This document shows, piece after piece, positions 36,896-46,569 of a stretch of 64,000 nucleotides of DNA; position 1 is the stretch's first letter, and the number at the start of each line of letters is the position of its first letter. The stretch comes from an uncultured Lentimicrobiaceae bacterium (GTDB lineage Bacteria; Bacteroidota; Bacteroidia; Bacteroidales; JAGNHN01): contig CAZPYJ010000003.1 of NCBI GenBank assembly GCA_964590645.1, positions 32,349-96,348 on the forward strand, written 5' to 3'. Below the pieces are notes generated by a model that worked only from the letters and a program-made list of their open reading frames with translations, did no database searches and had not been told where the DNA came from. The position numbers and the translations under genes were made by a program.

Positions 36896-38074
36896 ATGCG
36901 CACGATGGAAATGGCGATGTACTTCCAGCCGGTGTCCGGGCTTCCTGAAAACAACGACCCGCACCATAAGCGCTTCAGCGATGTGCTCCATATCCATACG
37001 GAAGAAGACGGCTTTCCCGCGCTAAAAGGCCTGGACATTGCACTGATTGGAGTGAAGGAAGACCGAAGAAGCCCTGAAAACGAGGGCTGTGCCGAAGGCC
37101 CTGCTGTCATCAGGGATGAACTCTACAAACTCTTCCCCCCCCACGAGCAACTCCGCATCGCCGACCTGGGAAACATCCGGAAAGGCTATGCAGTGGAAGA
37201 CACCTATTTTGCGCTCTCCAATGTCGTCAGCCAACTCCTGGAACTGGGCATTCTGCCGGTGATCATCGGTGGAAGCCAGGACCTGACCTATGCCAATTAC
37301 CTGGCTTACGAGCAGCTCGGACAAATCATCAATATTGTAGCCGTGGATCCGCGTTTTGACCTGGGAAGGACGGAAAACGAATTGGATGCCGGATCCTACC
37401 TGAGTCGAATCATTCTTCATCAACCGAATTATCTGTTCAATTACACCAACATCGGCTATCAGTCATACTATGTGGATCACAAAGCCGTCAGCCTGATGAA
37501 GAACCTCCTCTTTGACGCCTACCGCCTGGGCAGGGTCAGGGCCAACCTTGAAGAAGTGGAACCGATGGTCCGCAACGCCGATATGCTGAGTGTGGATATT
37601 TCTTCTGTCCGCCAAAGCGATGCCCCCGGACATAAAAATGCCTCCCCGAACGGTTTTTATGGCGAAGAACTTTGCCGCATCGTCCGCTATGCCGGACTCA
37701 GCGATAAACTTACCAGTATCGGCTTCTACGAGTACAACCCACTCAGGGACGCCCACGGACAGACAGCCCAGCTCATCGCGCAAATGATATGGTACTTCGT
37801 GGAAGGCTTTTACGCCAGGGCGAAAGATTTCCCCATCCGGAAAAAAGAAGACTACCTTAAATATACTGTAAGCCTCAAAAACCATTCAGAGGAAATCGTA
37901 TTTTATAAAAGCAAGCGCAGCGACCGCTGGTGGATGGAAGTAGCCTGCCCTGCTGCCGTCCGGACAAAATATTCCCGCCACTATCTTGTACCTTGTTCCT
38001 ACGCTGATTATCAGACTGCCTGCAGCGATGATGTGCCCGACCGCTGGTGGCAGGTCTATCAGAAATTTATGTAA
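36896..38074 (+). CDS. Arginase/formimidoylglutamase-fold protein with apparently degenerate metal-binding motifs
   Basis: Ureohydrolase-like layout: LDIALIGVKED, VIIGGSQDLT, VAVDPRFDL, SVDISSVRQSDAPG. Several canonical His/Asp ligand positions appear substituted. An extra tail of about 90 aa is present at the C-terminus. Confidence 0.65.
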   Translation: MRTMEMAMYFQPVSGLPENNDPHHKRFSDVLHIHTEEDGFPALKGLDIALIGVKEDRRSPENEGCAEGPAVIRDELYKLFPPHEQLRIADLGNIRKGYAVEDTYFALSNVVSQLLELGILPVIIGGSQDLTYANYLAYEQLGQIINIVAVDPRFDLGRTENELDAGSYLSRIILHQPNYLFNYTNIGYQSYYVDHKAVSLMKNLLFDAYRLGRVRANLEEVEPMVRNADMLSVDISSVRQSDAPGHKNASPNGFYGEELCRIVRYAGLSDKLTSIGFYEYNPLRDAHGQTAQLIAQMIWYFVEGFYARAKDFPIRKKEDYLKYTVSLKNHSEEIVFYKSKRSDRWWMEVACPAAVRTKYSRHYLVPCSYADYQTACSDDVPDRWWQVYQKFM

Positions 38075-38185
38075 AGTATCCTCTTTCAGTTTTTTTTGTC
38101 CTGATTTCCGGGCTTTTTCTGTAATATTATCCCTCTTTCCGGAGATGCAGCCGGAAAGTCGCAAAAACACGAACATTTCTCGCTA

Positions 38186-40321
38186 ATGGACTACCCTATC
38201 TTCACCGGATTGCTGCAGAATATTGCGATACTCCTGTCCATCGTCATTATTTATGACTACCTCTGGGCTCCCCACCACATCAAACAAAAAGCGGGAAATC
38301 ACCTGCTAACCGGAGCTTTGATCGGGCTTGCAGCCATCATCCTGATGCTCACCCCCTGGACGCTGGTTCCAGGCATTGTGTTTGACACACGCTCCATCCT
38401 GCTTTCCATTTCCGGCCTGTTCCTGGGAATCATTCCCACACTGATTGCGATGGGAATTGCTGCCCTCTACCGCATCATCCTGGGAGGGGAAGGCCTCTGG
38501 ATGGGCCTGGCAGTGATCCTTTCCTCCGGCAGCATTGGTATCTTATGGCGCCATTTCCGTCCTGCCTGGCAACAAAAGCGATACATCGGAGAATTGCTGG
38601 CAATGGGCTTCATCGTACATATTGTTATGCTCTTATGTGTACTTCTGATCCCCGCAGGGCAGAAGGTTATGGTATTCAGAATTATCTTTCTACCGGTTCT
38701 CATCCTCTATCCTGTCGGAACATTGCTGCTGGGAATGATGCTGATCAAAAGACAGGAAATGCTCAAAACAAGAAGAGCACTGCAGGAGCAGGAACAGCGC
38801 TACCGGCATCTGTATGAAAGTATGGAAGATGCCTATGTGATGGCAGACCTGAAAGGGAATTACCTCGAATTCAACAGTGCATTTCAAAAACTGACAGGCT
38901 ACAGTGCACAGGAACTTAAAAATATGAACTACAGGGAGATTACTCCTGAACAATATGTCGAGAAGGAGGAAGCACTGGTAAGACAAAAACTGAAGGATGG
39001 AGACAGTTCTATCCTCTATCAGAAAGAATACCGGCGTAAGGACGGAAGCCTTGTCCCTACGGAAGTTCGATTGCAGATTGAAAGAGACGAGGAAGGCAAG
39101 CCAGGCGGTTTGTGGGGCATCGTCCGCGATATCAGTGAAAGAAAGAAAGCCGAAGAAGAGCTGATCCTGGCCCGGGAAAAAGCGGAAGAAAGCAACAGAT
39201 TGAAATCGGTCTTCCTGGCCAATATGAGCCACGAGATACGCACCCCAATGAATGCGGTAATGGGGTTTGCCTCCCTGCTCACCTCGGAGAATGTCACAGA
39301 TGCACAGCGCATTGCATACAGTAAAACCATTCAAAACTCGGGCAATCACCTGCTCAATCTGATTGACGATATCGTGGACATTTCAAAGATTGAAGCAAAG
39401 CAGCTCCAGTTGCACCTCCGCCCGCATCCTTTGCATTCCTTGTTTACGGAAACCCTGGAATCCTTCCAGCAACATCCTTCCCTTGCCGAAAAACCTGCCC
39501 TCTCTCTCAAACTTCATTTCCCGGAGCAGTTTAAGGATACGGTCATCCTTACCGACCGCTTCCGCTTCCAGCAGGTGTTGAACAACCTGATCGACAATGC
39601 GCTGAAATTCTCGGAGCAGGGAAGTGTGGAAATCGGGTTTGAAATCCCTGAGGCACTTTCAGGTTCACAGATCCGTGTGTATGTGAAAGACAAGGGACCG
39701 GGCATTCCGCCGGAAATGCAATCGCGCATTTTTGAACGCTTCCATCAGCTCAGTCCACAAGGCACCCACCAGGGTACTGGCTTGGGTCTCAGTATTTGCA
39801 AAGGAATTGTGGAGGCAATGGGGGGAGAGATCTTCCTCGAATCCTCCCCCGGAAAAGGAACGAGCTTTTATTTCACCCTGCCCTTCAAAGAAGAAGAGGG
39901 GAATGAAGACAAGGCAGGGGAGAAGAACATCAGTACAGATTTCCTGAAAGGGCTTGATCTGCTCATCGCGGAAGACGATGAATACTCTTTCCTTTATCTT
40001 CAGGAGCTTTTTCGTCCATACGCCCTGAAAATCAGGCACGCTCGCGACGGGGAAGAGCTGATGAAAATGTTGGAAAACGGGCAGCCGGACCTATTGCTGT
40101 TGGATATCAATATGCCCAGGAAGAACGGGATGGAATGCCTGCAGGAAATCCGGGAGACAGGCTACACATTTCCTGTAATCGCCCAGACGGCCTATGCGAT
40201 GGCCGATGAACGGCAGGCTTGTATGGATGCCGGATGCCGGGGATATATTACCAAACCCCTGAGAAAGGAAAACCTGCTGCGGTTGATTCGTGATGTGTTG
40301 GCCGGGAAGCAAGCGTTTTGA
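38186..40321 (+). CDS. Hybrid sensor histidine kinase/response regulator (5TM LytS-type sensor, PAS, HisKA, HATPase, REC)
   Basis: N-terminal 5-6 TM block, a PAS region, H-box MSHEIRTPMNAV, G-boxes DKGPGI and GTGLGLSI, and a receiver with LLLLDINMP and ITKP. Confidence 0.9.
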   Translation: MDYPIFTGLLQNIAILLSIVIIYDYLWAPHHIKQKAGNHLLTGALIGLAAIILMLTPWTLVPGIVFDTRSILLSISGLFLGIIPTLIAMGIAALYRIILGGEGLWMGLAVILSSGSIGILWRHFRPAWQQKRYIGELLAMGFIVHIVMLLCVLLIPAGQKVMVFRIIFLPVLILYPVGTLLLGMMLIKRQEMLKTRRALQEQEQRYRHLYESMEDAYVMADLKGNYLEFNSAFQKLTGYSAQELKNMNYREITPEQYVEKEEALVRQKLKDGDSSILYQKEYRRKDGSLVPTEVRLQIERDEEGKPGGLWGIVRDISERKKAEEELILAREKAEESNRLKSVFLANMSHEIRTPMNAVMGFASLLTSENVTDAQRIAYSKTIQNSGNHLLNLIDDIVDISKIEAKQLQLHLRPHPLHSLFTETLESFQQHPSLAEKPALSLKLHFPEQFKDTVILTDRFRFQQVLNNLIDNALKFSEQGSVEIGFEIPEALSGSQIRVYVKDKGPGIPPEMQSRIFERFHQLSPQGTHQGTGLGLSICKGIVEAMGGEIFLESSPGKGTSFYFTLPFKEEEGNEDKAGEKNISTDFLKGLDLLIAEDDEYSFLYLQELFRPYALKIRHARDGEELMKMLENGQPDLLLLDINMPRKNGMECLQEIRETGYTFPVIAQTAYAMADERQACMDAGCRGYITKPLRKENLLRLIRDVLAGKQAF

Positions 40322-40488
40322 TGTTGGCCCTGATAGTCGGTACATAGATTAGAGCGAGAAGGTTAGTGAGACTGGGTATCCGGGAGCCCGAAGGGCGAAG
40401 CGGATGAGCTCGGTCGAAATTTTGCAGTGAGCGCCTGGCCTGAGCGAAAGATTTCGACTAATGATTTGTTTTCGCTATGCGCACCAAA

Positions 40489-41043
40489 CTAAAGTCTGGC
40501 TTCTATTGCCTGCTGAAAGCCCTCCCGCTCACCCTCCTTTTCCGGGAGAGAAAACGGTGCTTGGGGCAAGTCAATCCGTTGGAGCAGCTCCGGAACCAGG
40601 GCCTCTACCGGAGCAAACAAGCGGGAATCCTGCCTCTTTTCTTCCGGGTAAATACGCTTGTCGTGATCAATCAGATTAAATAAAAAAATCAGCACACTCA
40701 GCACCATCGCCGTCTTCAGCACACTGAAAACCAATCCCAGCAGCTTATTGATCAGACCCAGCATAACCAGCTTAACCACCTTCTCCAGCATCTTTCCCAG
40801 GAAAATCACGGCCACCATCACCAGGAGGAAGGTCAGTGAAAAGCTCAGGATATTCAACCAGTATGGATCCATTTCCACATACTTTTCTAATACTCCGGCG
40901 GCATAGGTGGAAAAATTCAGGGCGGCATAAATCCCCAGTACCAGAGCGGCCAGGCTGGCCAGCTCTATCACCAGCCCCCGTTTAAACCCTTTCCAGGCAG
41001 CCCAGAGGAAGAGGATCAGAAAAACGATATCGATGGCGTTCAT
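40489..41043 (-). CDS. cvpA: CvpA family membrane protein
   Basis: MNAIDIVFLILFLWAAWKGFKRGLVIELASL is the typical CvpA N-terminus; four TM segments. Confidence 0.8.
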   Translation of the reverse strand: MNAIDIVFLILFLWAAWKGFKRGLVIELASLAALVLGIYAALNFSTYAAGVLEKYVEMDPYWLNILSFSLTFLLVMVAVIFLGKMLEKVVKLVMLGLINKLLGLVFSVLKTAMVLSVLIFLFNLIDHDKRIYPEEKRQDSRLFAPVEALVPELLQRIDLPQAPFSLPEKEGEREGFQQAIEARL

Positions 41044-41790
41044 TTATCTTTTCAGTCGGCGTGTTAATTCGGAAGAAAAAACAAAGGCATTGATCTCCGG
41101 ACTCTGGGTATGCAGTATGCTCTCCCTGTCGCCGGTCCATTTGAGTTCACCCTTATACAAGAAAGCAATATGGTCTCCGATTTCCAGCACTGAATTCATA
41201 TCGTGGGTATTCACCACGGTGGTAATACTCAGCTCGTGGGTCAGCTCATAAATAAGGTTATCGATCACATTGGCCGTTTGCGGATCGAGGCCGGAGTTAG
41301 GCTCATCACAGAAAAGGTATTTAGGGTTCATTGCTATGGCTCTGGCGATGGCCACCCTTTTCTTCATCCCCCCGCTGATCTCGGCGGGGTACAAGTGCTG
41401 GGTATTGTCGAGGTTCACCCTTTTGAGACAAAAGTGCGCCCGTTCCCGTTTTTCTTCGCGGCTCTGGCTGGTGAACATCGTCAGCGGAAAGATCACATTT
41501 TCTTCCACCGTCATCGAATCAAACAAGGCACCGCCCTGGAACAGCATCCCGATCTCCTGCCTGATCTCCTTTCTCTCTTTAAAACCCATCCCGGAAAAAT
41601 TCCTTCCATCAAACAGTATGCTTCCCTCATCCACCTCGTGCAGGCCCACCAGGCATTTCATCAACACCGTTTTTCCTGATCCGCTTTGGCCGATAATCAG
41701 GTTGGTTTTTCCCGGCTCGAAGCTGAATGACACATCCTTCAGTACCGCTGTTCCGGCAAAAGCTTTCGATATGTGCTGTACTTCGATCAC
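41044..41790 (-). CDS. mlaF: MlaF-like ABC transporter ATP-binding protein
   Basis: Walker A GQSGSGKTVLMKCL, signature ISGGMKKRVAIARA, Walker B LFCDEP. It is translationally coupled to the MlaE-like permease. Confidence 0.85.
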   Translation of the reverse strand: MIEVQHISKAFAGTAVLKDVSFSFEPGKTNLIIGQSGSGKTVLMKCLVGLHEVDEGSILFDGRNFSGMGFKERKEIRQEIGMLFQGGALFDSMTVEENVIFPLTMFTSQSREEKRERAHFCLKRVNLDNTQHLYPAEISGGMKKRVAIARAIAMNPKYLFCDEPNSGLDPQTANVIDNLIYELTHELSITTVVNTHDMNSVLEIGDHIAFLYKGELKWTGDRESILHTQSPEINAFVFSSELTRRLKR

Positions 41791-42527
41791 GACAGCAGGA
41801 TTTGAGTGAGGATCAAGTTAAAAACGATGATGGCAATAGAGCTGAAAACAACAGCCCGTGTACTGGCCCTGCCTACTTCCAGGGCTCCCCCCTTCATCAC
41901 ATAAGCGTGAAATGATGAAATAGAAGCGATCAGGAATGCAAAAACCACGGTTTTCACCAGGGCGTAAAAAACATCAAACAGGCGGAAGTCGAGCTGTAAG
42001 CCTTCAATAAAGCTGACCGAAGTACCCAATCCGGTGAAAATAGTTGCCAGGAAACCTCCGAAGATAGAGAGGAACATACTGATGATGACCAGCAGGGGAT
42101 TGACCACAATGGATGCAACAATTTTTGGAAAGATCAGGTAGGCTGCTGAATTCACGCCCATTATTTCCAATGCATCAATTTGTTCGGTTACCCGCATTGT
42201 CCCTATTTCGGATGCGATACGTGAGCCGACCTTGCCGGCAAGGAAGAGACTGATGATGGTAGGGGAGAATTCCAGGATCACCGACTGTCGGGTAGTGAAA
42301 CCCACCGTCCAGTCGGGGATGAGGGGACTATCAATGTTGAAAGCAGTCTGAATGGCCACTACTGCGCCCATAAATACCGAAATAATGGCAACGATGCCCA
42401 GGGAGTCAATGCCCAGATTATGGCCTTCTACAATGAACTGATGCCGGAATACACTGGCTTTCTCCGGTTTGGAGAATACCCTGCGCATCAGGATAAGGTA
42501 AGCTCCTATGTCTTTGATCAGGCCCAT
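41787..42527 (-). CDS. mlaE: MlaE family ABC transporter permease
   Basis: Typical MlaE sequence (EQIDALEIMGVNSAAYLIFPKI). Start at MGLIKDIGAY. Confidence 0.85.
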   Translation of the reverse strand: MGLIKDIGAYLILMRRVFSKPEKASVFRHQFIVEGHNLGIDSLGIVAIISVFMGAVVAIQTAFNIDSPLIPDWTVGFTTRQSVILEFSPTIISLFLAGKVGSRIASEIGTMRVTEQIDALEIMGVNSAAYLIFPKIVASIVVNPLLVIISMFLSIFGGFLATIFTGLGTSVSFIEGLQLDFRLFDVFYALVKTVVFAFLIASISSFHAYVMKGGALEVGRASTRAVVFSSIAIIVFNLILTQILLS

Positions 42528-42627
42528 CGCTTGCCCGGCTAAATTACAGATAATCTTGCAACACCGGCGGCGACTTTCATATCCCGGTTTGCTCAGGCTT
42601 TTTACCTTTGCAGCAAAGTTTATCACA

Positions 42628-42816
42628 TTGAGAGCAAAACCGGCACAGCGGCTTTTCTATCTCACCGGAGTCCTTATTCTTCTGGTGTTCCTGCTCTCCT
42701 GCAATGCTCAGCGATATCCTCATAAGCCGAAAAAGAAGAAGAAATGTGACTGCCCGACCTGGTCGTGTGTACCCTCCGATCGGGGAGCAGCCCGGCAGGA
42801 TGTTGCAACTGTCTGA
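42628..42816 (+). CDS. Small putative lipoprotein, Lys-tract and Cys-rich (TTG start proposed)
   Basis: An in-frame TTG at 42628 gives (M)RAKPAQRLFYLTGVLILLVFLLSC|NAQRYPHKPKKKKKCDCPTWSCVPSDRGAARQDVATV, with an n-region, an h-region and an LLSC lipobox. A good plus-strand terminator follows at 42878-42902. Confidence 0.4.
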   Translation: MRAKPAQRLFYLTGVLILLVFLLSCNAQRYPHKPKKKKKCDCPTWSCVPSDRGAARQDVATV

Positions 42817-42877
42817 AACACTGAAACAGATAGTGGTATCAAAACCGGAAATGTTTTAGGGATTTTATAACTTTGCC

Positions 42878-42902
42878 AGCCGCCCAAAGGGCGGTTCTTT
42901 TT
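42878..42902 (+). terminator. Rho-independent terminator
   Basis: ccgccc-aaa-gggcgg stem-loop followed by ttcttttt. No other plus-strand gene ends nearby except the small lipoprotein ORF. Confidence 0.7.
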
Positions 42903-42933
42903 AAGCAGAAGGAGACAAACCAATGCCTTCAAA

Positions 42934-44025
42934 ATGAACAAACATCACTACTGTGTCATAATGGCGGGAGGGGTAGGGACCCGCTTCTGGCCGATGAGCC
43001 GGAAAGACCACCCCAAGCAGTTTATCGACATTCTGGGTACGGGGGAGACCTTGATCCAGCAAACCTTCCAACGCTTCAGCGAGATCATCCCGGAAGAAAA
43101 TATTTACATTGTCACCAATGCTTCCTATCAGGGCCTGGTGCAAAAGCAGCTGCCTTCCCTCCGTCCGCAACAGATCCTTTGCGAACCGGCCAGAAGGAAT
43201 ACGGCTCCCTGCATTGCCTACGCCAGTCACAAAATCGCAGCCAGCGACCCGGATGCCACCATCGTGGTTGCTCCTTCCGATCACATTATTACCCGGGAGA
43301 AAATCTTTCAGGAACATATCCTCACCGGTTTACACGCTGCCGAATCCAACCAGTGGCTGATCACCCTCGGCATCAAGCCTACCCGGCCGGATACCGGCTA
43401 TGGCTATATCCAGTTTGATGAAAAAAATGCCTGGGAAAAGGACAAGCGCCTGTGCAAAGTCAGAACCTTCACTGAGAAACCCGCCCTGGAAATGGCAGAA
43501 TCCTTTCTCCGAAGCGGTGATTTTCTTTGGAACTCAGGGATCTTCATCTGGTCATTGAAAAGTATACTGACCGCATTCGAGCAGCATCTGCCGGAAGTCC
43601 ACCAGCTCTTCAGCCTCGGAGGAGAAAACTTCAATACTCCCAATGAGCACGCCTTTATCACCAATGCCTACACCTTATGCAAAAGCATTTCCATCGACTA
43701 TGGAGTGATGGAAAAAGCAGACAACGTACAGGTACTGGTATCTGATTTCGGCTGGTCGGATCTGGGAACCTGGGGCTCACTCTATGATACCCGTGAGAAA
43801 AACGGGGAAGGAAACTCCATCGTGGGAAACAATGTGATGGTGTACGACACCCGCAACTGTATTATCAATATGCCCTCCGGAAAACTGGCTGTTATTCAGG
43901 GAATGGAGGATTTTATTATGGTGGAAGAAGACGATATCCTGCTGATCTGCAAGCGCAGCGAAGAACAACAGATCAGGCAGTTTGTGAATGATGTGCGCGT
44001 GGGCAAAGGAGAGGAGTTTGTATAA
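42934..44025 (+). CDS. manC: Mannose-1-phosphate guanylyltransferase (nucleotidyltransferase domain only)
   Basis: YCVIMAGGVGTRFWPMSR, APSDH and GYGYIQ motifs. Confidence 0.85.
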   Translation: MNKHHYCVIMAGGVGTRFWPMSRKDHPKQFIDILGTGETLIQQTFQRFSEIIPEENIYIVTNASYQGLVQKQLPSLRPQQILCEPARRNTAPCIAYASHKIAASDPDATIVVAPSDHIITREKIFQEHILTGLHAAESNQWLITLGIKPTRPDTGYGYIQFDEKNAWEKDKRLCKVRTFTEKPALEMAESFLRSGDFLWNSGIFIWSLKSILTAFEQHLPEVHQLFSLGGENFNTPNEHAFITNAYTLCKSISIDYGVMEKADNVQVLVSDFGWSDLGTWGSLYDTREKNGEGNSIVGNNVMVYDTRNCIINMPSGKLAVIQGMEDFIMVEEDDILLICKRSEEQQIRQFVNDVRVGKGEEFV

Positions 44026-44049
44026 CCAATCATTAATAATATACTACCT

Positions 44050-46299
44050 ATGAGAAAATTGTTTTTGTCTTTCAGCCTGGTATTTCTCCTGCTTGGCCAG
44101 GGGGTGAAGGCGGATGAAGGGATGTGGCTGCCCTTGTTGATTGAACGCCTCAATTATACCGATATGCAGAAAATGGGGCTGCAACTGACCCCTGAAGAGA
44201 TTTTCAGCATCAATCAAAGCAGCCTGAAAGATGCCATCATCATCTTCGGCGGTGGTTGTACCGGAGAGATCATTTCGGAAAACGGGCTGGTGCTAACCAA
44301 CCATCATTGCGGCTACGGAGCTATCCAGGCCAACAGTTCGGTGGAGCACGACTACCTCACCGATGGATTCTGGGCACGGAAGTGGGAAGAAGAGCTGCCC
44401 AATGAGGGCCTTAGCGTACGCTTCCTCGTGAGAATGGAAGATGTTACTGAACGCTGCCTGGAAGGTGTGAATGAGGAAATGACGGAAAAGGAAAGAGCAG
44501 CCAAAATCCGTGAGAATATCGCCGCCATCGAAAAGGATGCAAAAGGAGATACCCATTACGAACCCAATGTGAAGAGCTTTTTCTTCGGCAATGAGTATTA
44601 TCTTTTTGTCTATGAAACCTTTAAAGACGTGCGCCTGGTAGGAGCCCCGCCTTCTTCCATCGGAAAATTCGGTTATGATACCGACAACTGGATGTGGCCC
44701 CGTCATACCGGCGACTTCGCCCTCTTCCGTATCTATACCGCTCCCGATGGTTCACCCGCTGATTATTCAAAAGACAATGTGCCCCTCAAGCCAAAGTATT
44801 CCCTGTCGATCAGCCTGGATGGCTACGAAGAAGGCGATTTCTCTATGATTCTCGGAAACCCGGGTGGCACCGACCGCTATATGACCTCGCACGGCATTGC
44901 CCTCAACCTCGAATCTACCTATCCTGTACGCATCAAGATCAGGGAGAAGAAACTGGAGATCCTCAAAGCAGATATGGATGCCGACCCTGCCGTTCGCATT
45001 CAATATGCCAGCAAATATGCCGGCATTTCAAACTATTGGAAGAACTTCATCGGGATGAGCCGCGGGCTGAAGCGCTTGAAAGTGTACGACAAAAAGATGG
45101 AGCAGGAGAAGGCTTTTATGGCCTGGGTAAATCAGAACGAGCAACGGAAAGCAAAGTACGGAGAAGCCCTTGACCTGATTAAAAAGGGCTATGAAGACAA
45201 GGCCAGGTATAACGATGCTTACTTTTATTTCATTGAGGCTGCCTACCTGGGACCGGAAATCCTGCGCTATGCAAAGGGATACGAAAAACTGGGACAATAC
45301 CTGGCGGCCAAGGATGAGGAAAAAGCAAGAGGCGAGATGGAACGGCTGAGAGAAGGCCTGCAGGGGCATTACAAAGACTACAATACCCCTACGGATCAGA
45401 AGCTGCTGGCTGCAATGATGGAATTGTATTACCAGGATGTAAAACCCGAACAACAGCCCCAATATCTGAAAGACATTGCCAGCAAGTATAAGGGAGACTG
45501 GAATAAATATGCGGCAAAGGTTTTTGCCAAAAGCCATTTCTCTACCCGTGAAAAAGCCGAAGCATTGCTGGCTAAACCCTCTGCCAAAGCCATTATGAAG
45601 GACCCGGCAATGGTAGCCGTCAATGCTTTCTGGGACAGCTTTATGGAACTCAGGGGTAAACTTGCGGAAAGCGACGCTTCCCAGGGCAAAGGGTATCGCC
45701 TTTATATGGCTGGATTGCGCGAAAGCCAACCGGATAAAAACTTCTATCCGGATGCCAACTTCACAATGCGCCTGACCTATGGCAGCGTACAGGACTATTA
45801 TCCCGCCGATGCGGTACATTATGATTACTACACTACCCTGAGCGGGGTGATGGAGAAGGAAGACCCCGACAATTTTGAGTTTATCGTGCCGGAAAGGCTG
45901 AAAGAACTGTATGAAGCCAAAGACTACGGTCCTTACGGTGTAGGTGAAGAGATGTATGTCTGCTTCCTGACCACACACGATATTACCGGTGGCAATTCAG
46001 GCAGCCCGGTGCTGAATGCCAGAGGCGAACTGATTGGCCTGGCCTTCGACGGAAACTGGGAAGCAATGAGCGGCGATATCGCTTTTGAACCTGATTTGCA
46101 GCGCACCATCAATGTGGATATTCGATACGTACTCTTTATCATCGACAAATTTGCCAATGCGCAGAACATTATGGCCGAGCTGAAACTGGTTGGCAAAGGC
46201 AGCGATCAGGCCCGCAAGGTAGGAGGCAAAACCCTTCGCCCCCTGCCTGAAGGCGTGAAAGTGAAGACCGCAGAGACCGATCCTTCACCTGTTCGCTGA
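44050..46299 (+). CDS. S46 family dipeptidyl-peptidase (DPP7/DPP11-like)
   Basis: Signal peptide, then DEGMWLP, catalytic TNHHCGY and TGGNSGSPVLN. The 749-aa length fits the family. Confidence 0.9.
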   Translation: MRKLFLSFSLVFLLLGQGVKADEGMWLPLLIERLNYTDMQKMGLQLTPEEIFSINQSSLKDAIIIFGGGCTGEIISENGLVLTNHHCGYGAIQANSSVEHDYLTDGFWARKWEEELPNEGLSVRFLVRMEDVTERCLEGVNEEMTEKERAAKIRENIAAIEKDAKGDTHYEPNVKSFFFGNEYYLFVYETFKDVRLVGAPPSSIGKFGYDTDNWMWPRHTGDFALFRIYTAPDGSPADYSKDNVPLKPKYSLSISLDGYEEGDFSMILGNPGGTDRYMTSHGIALNLESTYPVRIKIREKKLEILKADMDADPAVRIQYASKYAGISNYWKNFIGMSRGLKRLKVYDKKMEQEKAFMAWVNQNEQRKAKYGEALDLIKKGYEDKARYNDAYFYFIEAAYLGPEILRYAKGYEKLGQYLAAKDEEKARGEMERLREGLQGHYKDYNTPTDQKLLAAMMELYYQDVKPEQQPQYLKDIASKYKGDWNKYAAKVFAKSHFSTREKAEALLAKPSAKAIMKDPAMVAVNAFWDSFMELRGKLAESDASQGKGYRLYMAGLRESQPDKNFYPDANFTMRLTYGSVQDYYPADAVHYDYYTTLSGVMEKEDPDNFEFIVPERLKELYEAKDYGPYGVGEEMYVCFLTTHDITGGNSGSPVLNARGELIGLAFDGNWEAMSGDIAFEPDLQRTINVDIRYVLFIIDKFANAQNIMAELKLVGKGSDQARKVGGKTLRPLPEGVKVKTAETDPSPVR

Positions 46300-46322
46300 T
46301 AGTTTTTCATCATATTCAAGCT

Positions 46323-46366
46323 GCAGCAGCGATCCGGACCATCCGGTTTGCTGCTGTGCTTTTTTG
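46323..46366 (+). terminator. Rho-independent terminator after the S46 peptidase gene
   Basis: cagcagc...gctgctg stem enclosing ccgg-rich sequence, followed by tgcttttttgg. Confidence 0.6.
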
Positions 46367-46374
46367 GAAGGATA

Positions 46375-46409
46375 TGAAAAAAAAAGCGAAACCTTGCAGG
46401 GCTTCGCTT
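46375..46409 (-). terminator. Rho-independent terminator after tRNA-Phe
   Basis: Minus strand reads aagcgaagccctgcaaggtttcgctt followed by a run of nine T residues. Confidence 0.7.
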
Positions 46410-46415
46410 TGGCGG

Positions 46416-46488
<73 letters not shown>

Positions 46489-46569
46489 ATCCTCAATCGG
46501 ACGGCAAAGATAATCTGCTTTTCCTGATTAAAAAAAATTTTTGCCTGAAAATGGCCTATTTTTGGTCCG

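Noticed and set aside
40322-40488. Possible SRP RNA, 6S RNA or other known ncRNA in the kinase-cvpA spacer
   Set aside because: The conserved SRP domain IV sequence and other known ncRNA core motifs that I can recall are absent. It is retained only as a low-interest structural observation.
45028-45978. 316-aa minus-strand ORF
   Set aside because: It is antisense to the S46 peptidase gene.
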